DNA of 64,000 nucleotides, taken from NCBI GenBank assembly GCA_002245135.1, contig NGBS01001164.1, forward strand, positions 1 through 64,000, read 5' to 3'. Below the pieces are notes generated by a model. It did not search any database, had not been told where the DNA came from, and worked only from the letters and a program-made list of their open reading frames with translations. Shown piece after piece: positions 55,813-64,000 of the stretch. Position 1 is the stretch's first letter, and each line of letters opens with the position of its first letter. The position numbers and the translations under genes are program-made. Source of the stretch: Proteromonas lacertae. Taxonomy: Eukaryota.

Positions 55813-56057
55813 CTATAAGTGTTAAATACAAAAAATACCTTTGTGTCAGATGGTAATATTAAGCTTAACACTCTATCTATTAAAGATTTTCAGCAAAATA
55901 TATTTCAAACTCGTTTGATGTTTCAAAATATTTACTCGTTTCATTATTTCTGTTTTTCTTAAAATAAACATACACAGAAGTTTAATTATATTTAATAATA
56001 CTCATTTCAAACTCAATAATATCAATAATAATATATTCAATTAAAAAATCTATGTTT

Positions 56058-57432
56058 TTAAGCATAATACATCAAAGAGGCTTTCTTCTTCGAAGCTACT
56101 TGATTTATACCTTCCATAAAATCTTCATGTTCTATTGAATTGGCATTTCGTCTTAAAGCCAACATTCCAGCTTCTACACATACTGCTTTTAATTGAGCTC
56201 CATTATAATCTTCAGTACATCGAGCCAATTCTTCATAATTCACATCTATTTATTATATTATATTATATATACTATCTTGATCTACATTCATCTTTCGACT
56301 GTGAATTCTCAAAATTCGAGCTCGAGCTTCTTCAGTGGGTAAAGGCAATTCAATCTTTCGATCTAATCGACCACTTCTCATCAAAGCAGGATCTAATATA
56401 TCAGGACGATTAGTAGCAGCTATCACTTTGATTTTATTATTAGTTGTAAATCCATCTAATTGACTTAACAACTCTAACATTGTCCTTTGAACTTCTCGAT
56501 CTCCAGATTGATCACTATCAAACCTCTTTGTACCTATTGCATCTAACTCATCTATAAATATTATTGCACCACTTCGACCAGCTTCTATCTTCTCTTTAGC
56601 TAAAGCAAACGCATCTCGAATCATTTTTGGACCATCACCAATAAATTTTTGAACCAATTGAGGACCAGCTAATTTTAAGAATACTGCATCTGTATCTTTA
56701 GCACAAGCTCGAGCTAATAATGTTTTACCTGTTCCTGGAGGTCCATGTAACAACACACCTTTTGGAGGCTTAATTCCTAGTTTTATAAATGCATCTGCTT
56801 GTCTTAATGGTAATACAACTGCTTCTATTAATTCTTGGATTTGTTTATCTAAACCACCTATATCACTGTATTCTTCTTGAGGCTTTTCATCTACTTCCAT
56901 CGCTTTTACACGACTATCATATTCTACTGGTAGTTTATCCAATATTAAATAAGAATCTTTATTCACTCCTACTAAATCATTAGGTTCTAATGTTTTTGGA
57001 TCTACTAAACCGACAGCTGGTAAAAATATTGTTTGTCTGCTCGTAGTTTTGATTACTGCACTTAGATTGTTACCTTTTATTTCTTCATCGATAGCTTGGC
57101 CATCTTCTTCTACATCATCTTTTAAATCAAGAAGCTAGTGATATAATAACATATAGAAGATATAGAAAATATATACTTCAACAACATTTGATACTAAAAA
57201 AGGTAATAGTTTATTGGCTTTGATCTTTGCTTTATTCTCTTCACCTTCTTGCTTGTATTTTCGAATTTTCATAGTGATGGCATGAATATTTGAAGACATG
57301 ATTGAAATTTCACTATCTAAAAGCATATTCTTCTGTCTTATGTCATCGTTAGTCATAGCAGCTAACTCTGTATCGAAATCAACAGATGGTTCTATGCGGA
57401 TATAAAATAAAAATAATTATACCTGTTTCCAT
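56058..57432 (-). CDS. RPT5: 26S proteasome AAA-ATPase subunit Rpt5 (6A)
   Basis: [73 protein letters not shown] and C-terminal HbYX tail LMYYA. Three short introns. Confidence 0.97.
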
Positions 57433-57518
57433 TGAATGTAAGAAAGAAGAAAGAAAAAATGCTTATGGTGTTTGAAACAGATTTTTTCACTAAACCAGAA
57501 AATTTAAAAATATAAAAA
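57433..57518. promoter_or_regulatory. 86-bp divergent intergenic region (candidate bidirectional promoter) between RPT5 and NPHP4
   Basis: Head-to-head ATGs at 57432 (-) and 57519 (+). Confidence 0.5.
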
Positions 57519-60500
57519 ATGAACAACATAAGAGAATGGATTGAATACTCCAACATTCATCTATCTCTTAAGTTTCCAAAAGCTACTGAAGAAGGTATCG
57601 TTACTAGAAGAAAAATATACACTTATCAAGTCATCATTGGTATAGCTGATAGTTTAAGACCTATTAATTCATCTGTACCTGCTTCACAAGATGCTCATTA
57701 TAGTTTTAATATTATGTTCTACTCACAAAAGACAAGAATGTTTTATGGAAGGCAATTCTTTAGCAAATCAATCTATTCACCAAATCCAGATAAAGTTATG
57801 TTTGATCAAACAGTGTTTTTTATTTCAAGATACGATGATCCTTCGTGTATGGCAATAATCGAATTTGTAGTAGAAGACGAAGGAAATATAAAGTCATGTG
57901 GTTATAGTGTACTACCTATATTTGATAATCCATCATCAGGTGAAATGAGACCAATTTATGGTGAATCTGTAAGATCCTTATTATCTCCAGACCATACAAC
58001 AGTAGGACATCAATATTCACAGATTAATATATCAGCTAGACGTTATGATTCAAAGGGACATATACTAAAATGGTATATACCTGAGAATTGTCCATTTTCA
58101 AAGTATGATTTTCCACCAGGAATTGAATTTGATGGAAAAGGAAATGAGATTGAAGATATCCATGAAATATCATTATTTTCATTACAATTAGCTACAGTAA
58201 TGGTACAAATCCCATTGCAATTTGATCAAACGATAGTTTCATATATACAAGATGAATATAAAACATTAGATCTACCAACAGTGAAGGAAAGAATAGCCTA
58301 TATATATCTACACAACGGTTGGACAATAGTTGGACCAAGAAAACAGATTATATTAGAAAATAAGAATTCAGATTTGTTGGTAGGATATGGACATGTTGAA
58401 TTACAAAGGTTTAATAAAGATATAAAAACAGCAATCATTTATGAATTGGTATATAATATCCTTATTAATGGAGAAATAAAGTCAATTAGTTGTGGTTGTG
58501 CTATTTCATTACCTAATTTACAGAATCCAAATCCACCAGTTGATACTAGTAAAGACTTGCAAGGTTGTAAACATAAAGCATTCTTTTGTGTAGAGGAATA
58601 TCCACCATTCTATAATCAACACTTCAAATTCTCAGGTCAATTTTTGATAGGTTTTGATATTAGCAGAGGTGACTTAGCAGAAGGAAAAGAAGAAAGTGGT
58701 GGTTCATCGGAAGAAGAAGAGGAAATGAAATTTGAAATATACAAAGACAAAACAGCTGTAAAACCAAGAAGAAGGCCAGTTGATCATTCTCCAATAACAA
58801 GACCTGGTGATAGATATGAACCAACGAAACAAGAGACTAAAACATCAACAGCATCACCAACAAGAGATGATTCAGGCAAAGCATATCCATCCAAACCAAC
58901 AGAAATAATAAAGAAGGAAGAATCAAAACCAGTAGAAGTAATAAAGAAAGAACAAGTAATTGAAGAGAGAAAAAGAGATGAAGATGAAGGAAGAAGGCCA
59001 AGTAGAAGAAGATATGATGATGAAGATGATGATGATTATTATTATAGAAGAGATAGAAAGAGTAGAAGAAGTAGAAGACCAATGTCATCATTATCTCCAT
59101 CAGATTATTCACCATTATCATCACCCTATAAACCATCCAAACATAGAAAAGATGATGATTTTGAAGTAGAATCAGATAGTGGAGATGATTTAGAAGATCA
59201 GATGTTGACTAATCCATTCTTATCCAAAGCAATGAAGACTTTATTACAACCAAAGAACTTAGCTGATACAACACAACCATTTCTATTACAACAAGTTAAA
59301 CATTATACAGCTTATCAACCACCAATTATTGGAACATGGGATAATGGTGCTGATTTGAATATTACTACAAATTATACAAAACCAATGACCAGAGCTGCTA
59401 AAGCTGAATTAGCAAAGTATGGAATAACTGGTACAAGTGGAAATAATCCATTTTATACAAATTCAACAAGAAATATTCAACCAATTACTCCTGAAATAAG
59501 TACTCAGTTTCAATTAGAAGAAAGTGATATAAATGTAAGGAATTTAATAACCATTCATTTCTCAATGATTGAGACAATTGATGATGTAAAATTACCATCT
59601 TCACTCTATTTTCAATTCAAATTTTATACTTTTGACGAATTCACAAGTAAGAACCATTATCTTCAAAGAAAGAATGATAATTTATCAATGTTAGTAAGTG
59701 ATATGTCATCTGTTAATCCACCAGTTTGTTTACCTTACAAATCAATCATTGATTATTCAGAATTACCATCTAATGAATTATCAATGTATTACGACTATAT
59801 GACATCCAAATCATTATATATAAATGTATATGATGGAGAATCAAAACTGTTTATAGGTTATATGTTATTACCATTAAAACAGTTATTAAGACAACAAAAA
59901 CCATACATTTCAACTTCACAATATTATACAATTAATGCAGTTATATCCAATGGCGATTCTCCAATAGAAATCACTAATAATGCAATCACACATCCTGTAC
60001 TTGGTAAAGTTGTAATAACTACATGCTGTACTGGTGAAAAGGGTAGAAATAATGGTAATAATAATGGTGAATCAAAGACAGGATCATCCTTATCATCATC
60101 TGTACCAATTCATTCAATTACAACAAATAAAGAATATTTCACTAAATCATATGGTGTAAAGAGTGATGTAAAAATACCAATTAGAGTAAGATTAATGGAA
60201 GAAGTTGATCCAAACTTAAGAGAAACATTAACACGATATAGAACTGAGAATAATGTTCCAAATCCAACAATACATTCTGATGAATCTGAAGTACCATTTT
60301 CTACATTAGATATAATAATGCAAAGGTATAGAAATCAAGACCAACCACATACAATGAGTGCTCAAAGGTTATACAGAGTAATAATAGCATTAACAACCAC
60401 TAATACTGAAAGTAAAAATGATTTAGAATCTACCTTAGGTATAATGTATAAACAGATGAATAGAGCAAATACAATAGAAGAGATAAGAAATGCATTTTTA

Positions 60501-62508
60501 GAATTTGATAGAAGATTGTTAGGAGAAGTATCAAAATCACAATTTACTAGGGTGTGTGAAAATTTTGGCTTAGAATCTGTTGATTTAGTATATGAATTAG
60601 AACCATATTTAAAGGTATTTGGTAGTAATCAGTGGGATTATGAAGCATTCCTTTGTTTGTTATTAGAACAACATTCTAGAGAACTGCACAATATAATTCA
60701 AAGATTTAAGAATATGAATTTTGGTACTAAACTAATTAAAGAGATATTTGATAGTTGTATTGGTAGATGTAATGATCATTTAACCAAAGATGATCTTATC
60801 TTTTTATTGGCTCAATTTAACTTCAAATTTGTACAGAACTTTGAGAGTGGTACATTAGTTACATTTAAGGAGAATCAAATTAAAAGAATTAAAGAGAGAG
60901 AAATGAGAAATGTATATATTTGTATAATAATTATAATTATTATAGAGTACAAGATCAACACATAAAACATACAGAGAAGAATCACTTCAATTAATAAAAG
61001 AAGCAAGAGAAAGGCAAAAGCAAGAAATCTTAAGATCTTTAATGAGAGAAAGAGAAATTGATATAGTACAAATACATCCATTTATGGGACAATTATTCTT
61101 CTTTGAATGGAGATTTAAGAATCCGTCATCATCAGAAGAATTATTTGAAATTGAAATAGTAAATGATAGAAGTTTGCAATTGATATTGAATAGAGATGAG
61201 TGGAAATATTATAAACAAAACTGCAAACAGAGTGAAAATGAAGTTCCAAGTATAGATAATATTAGCTAAATATAATTATATATCTTTATAGCAACAACTG
61301 TTGAAGATGGATTAATTACATCAGAGAATATATTGTATATGCATTCAAATGAAACAGTTTATATTCCATTCAAATATATAACTTACAATTCACCAAGATT
61401 AACTCCATACAAAACAAAATATGAAGAAGAGAATGATGTTAAAGATATTAAAGTAGTATTTAGAGGCAGAAACAGTGGAATGTCAATCTCATTGACTGTT
61501 AGAGTATATCCAGTCAAAACAGTGATAAATCGACATATTATATTATCATCACCAGAAAATGAAGTGTTAAGACAAAACTTTGTTATTAAAAGTCCTTCTA
61601 CAGTATATTTATATATATATATATTCTTTTTTATTAGAATTTAATGGATGATAATAATATAAATAATATCAAATTTGCATTTAGTCCTTCAGATAATGCA
61701 TTAGTTCAATGGTCAGAACCAATTGTATTTATATATATTATATTTTTATTGATAGGGTCCTCAGCCACAAATTATCCATATGAAATACAGATGTGGTTCA
61801 TTAAAGCAAGGTAAAGATGTGTTTTATATATTCATTTATGATGATGAGTTACACACTCAATTATATGAAATTTGGAAGATTACAATCAATATAGTTGAAG
61901 ATTGTTCATTTATATTGAAATTAGGACAAATACAAACAAGGGAATTACACTTTCAGACAAATGGTTCAAGAGTTGTCCAAGGATTTGCAAATGATAATAA
62001 ATTCATTAAAGTATATATCATAATTATTTAATTTGTTGAATAGTTTTTACCAGATACAAGATTCAGGACTAATACTGGTGATAATATACTAAAAGTAATA
62101 TTGCATCCACTACAATATGAAACATTTGTAAGGAATATCAATATAATTGATGTTGATACTGGAGATAGGATTGGTAGTTGGAAATTAGTAGCTGCAATTC
62201 AACCACCACCTGTAACAAGAGAATATAATATTAGATTAGACTTATATAAACCAGCCAAAAGAATTATCCAGTATCTTAATCCATGGAAACAAAATAGAGC
62301 ATATCATTTATTTTCTAGTGATGAATCTTTGTTGAGAGTAGAAGCTAAAGAGTTTAGAGTGGAAGCTGGCCAATCTGGTGAAATTAGGTTATTTTTCCCT
62401 GCTCAAGATGTTGCAAGAAGTGCTACTGTTTATATATTTGTGAATGGTGAAGCAGAAAAGACTGACGAATGCTTACAAGTAAACATAGTTGTTGGATCTA
62501 TTGTATAA
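57519..62508 (+). CDS. NPHP4: Nephrocystin-4 (ciliary transition-zone protein) with EF-hand-like insert
   Basis: Collinear NPHP4-like blocks: FYGRQF, FDQTVFF..AIIEFV..SCGYSVLPIF, YLHNG, YFQFKFYTF, VYDGESKLFIG..LPLKQLLRQ, GQLFFFEWRFKNP, ETVYIPFKY, KRIIQYLNPW and YIFVNGEAEKTDECLQVNI. The 3' exons are joined by short introns (60912-60945 checked). Confidence 0.88.
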
Positions 62509-62667
62509 CTAATAATAATAATATCATGTTTATTTTTCTTCATTTAATCCAAAAATAAAACAAAATAAATCATTGATACAACTGTTAATTAACAAAAACA
62601 CTTTACATTTTAAAACAGCAAGCTTTAGGCTTGAACTTGGTTTGTTATATCATCTCTCTCATTAAGC

Positions 62668-64000
62668 ATGTATCGGATTGATGTAAATGAAGATGAAAAG
62701 TATTGATTTTTTAATTTATTCGATATAGTGCAAATAAAACTGAGGTAGAAAGAACATCGGGGATAAATACAGAAACTCCGTATTTCTACTTTTCATTATT
62801 GCTTTTAGAATAAATACAGAGATAAACCTAAAATTTCCAACGTATATAGCTCAGATTATTTTTTCTTAGAACTTTTCCGACTATTACTTCATCTGGAATA
62901 AATAGTTTCTCTGTGACAAGTATAATATAACCATTTAATTTGAACCAATAGGCAGCAATAGAAAAGATTCCATAGTAACTATAGGAAGTGATACTTGCTG
63001 TATATTATCACCTGAAGATCGAGAAATCTGTGAAAACAATAAGAAATATAAAAATGATCCTTTAAATCACTTAGTAAGTGAAGTCTATAAGAATACATTT
63101 GTAATTGTTGAAGACACAATAACGATACAAGATGCAATATGTTTGTTGTATCAAAAGAAGTATAATTATCTATATTAATGCATGATATAGGTGTGATTCA
63201 CTGTTAATTACACATCAAAAGGCATATGTAAAATCATTGTCACGGACAGATATAGCTTGTTCTGTATTATCGAATGGTTTACTTCATGAAAACAAAACAC
63301 TTGAAGAAATAATTAAATTAGAAGAATCTGATAGTTGTAAAACCATCAGTTCATCAGCTACAATATTAGAATGTATGAGAAGGATGAAAAAAGAAGTATA
63401 AATTACATTATCATTATCTCTATTATAATAGGAAACAAATTATTTATTAGTGGAAGAAGGATCAAGTGGTTTAAGTGGAATAATAACTGAACATTCAATA
63501 TTTAATTATATTGGAGAACAGTTGGCTAAAAGTGTAGTATCCAATGGTGAAAATATGAGTCATTATGGATATAAAATAAAGAAATTTTTAGATTCATTAT
63601 GTATATATATATATTTCATTTTAATTATATATTTTCTATAGATTATCAATTTTTTATTCTTTTATTTCTCTTAGTAAATATCGCAATATTTATATCATCA
63701 TTCACATATATGAATTTCGATTTAGCAGTTATTATGAATTTACCATTCTCTGTAATTTTATTTATTGAATTATTAATAAGAATTAAAATCACTGGTGTAA
63801 AACATATGTGTAAAATAGATCTAACTGCAGGAATATTAACTGTACTCGCACTTCTAACAGGTATAGCATCAATAAAAGTAACAGACACATATGAAAGAGC
63901 AAGAATGGGAGTATATATAGTGAATATAGTGGTAACTACGTTGAGAGCTTTTGTATTAGGAATTATAAAAGCAATTCAATATAAAAAGAAAGTAATAAAA
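62668..64000 (+). CDS. CBS-pair plus voltage-sensor-like (S1-S4) membrane protein, 3' partial
   Basis: Manual splicing of seven short GT-AG introns gives one open frame from MYRIDVNEDE to the window end. CBS-like segments are IVEDTITIQDAICLLYQKKCDSLLI..LSRTDI and ISSSATILECMRRMKKEETNYLLVEE..LSGIITEHSI. These are followed by KKFLDSLYYQFFILLFLLVNIAIF (S1), ILFIELLIRI (S2), IDLTAGILTV (S3) and VTTLRAFVL (S4). Confidence 0.72.

Noticed and set aside
1..64000. Stop codons created by polyadenylation (Blastocystis TGTTTGTT mechanism)
   Set aside because: Every gene end I could reconstruct has a genomic stop codon. TGTT-rich motifs downstream (e.g. ~2365, ~4670) are only loosely similar.
1..64000. 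tRNA, rRNA, CRISPR arrays or telomeric repeats
   Set aside because: No such structured or regularly spaced repeat patterns were seen by eye. Small ncRNAs cannot be excluded without a covariance-model search.

Overview
This is a very AT-rich, gene-dense eukaryotic window with ~25-42 nt GT-AG introns and short intergenic spacers. These features resemble Blastocystis/Opalinata stramenopiles (inference only). About 15 protein-coding genes can be supported. Highlights: (1) An ~12 kb gene encodes a class C-type 7TM receptor whose ectodomain has about nine tandem modules resembling bacterial UrtA/AmiC-type periplasmic binding proteins. (2) Directly upstream and co-oriented is a ~7,060-aa single-pass surface protein built from four super-repeats of He_PIG, PA14, jelly-roll/discoidin and HRM-like modules. 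(3) A PKA catalytic-subunit gene is split inside an exon by a 4,950-bp CACTA-like element with TIRs and a 2-bp TSD, and removing it restores a complete ORF. (4) There is an intact NPHP4 ciliary transition-zone gene and a CCHCR1-like gene. (5) A multi-exon gene combining a CBS pair with a voltage-sensor-like domain is largely invisible in the ORF track. Housekeeping and other genes include DUSP12/YVH1, a long-chain acyl-CoA synthetase, a Bfr1/PPI1-like protein, an STK32-like kinase, RPT5 and two probable pseudokinases. Several frameshifts caused by one missing A in an A run are probably consensus errors. All domain calls come from motif recognition by eye; no searches were run.
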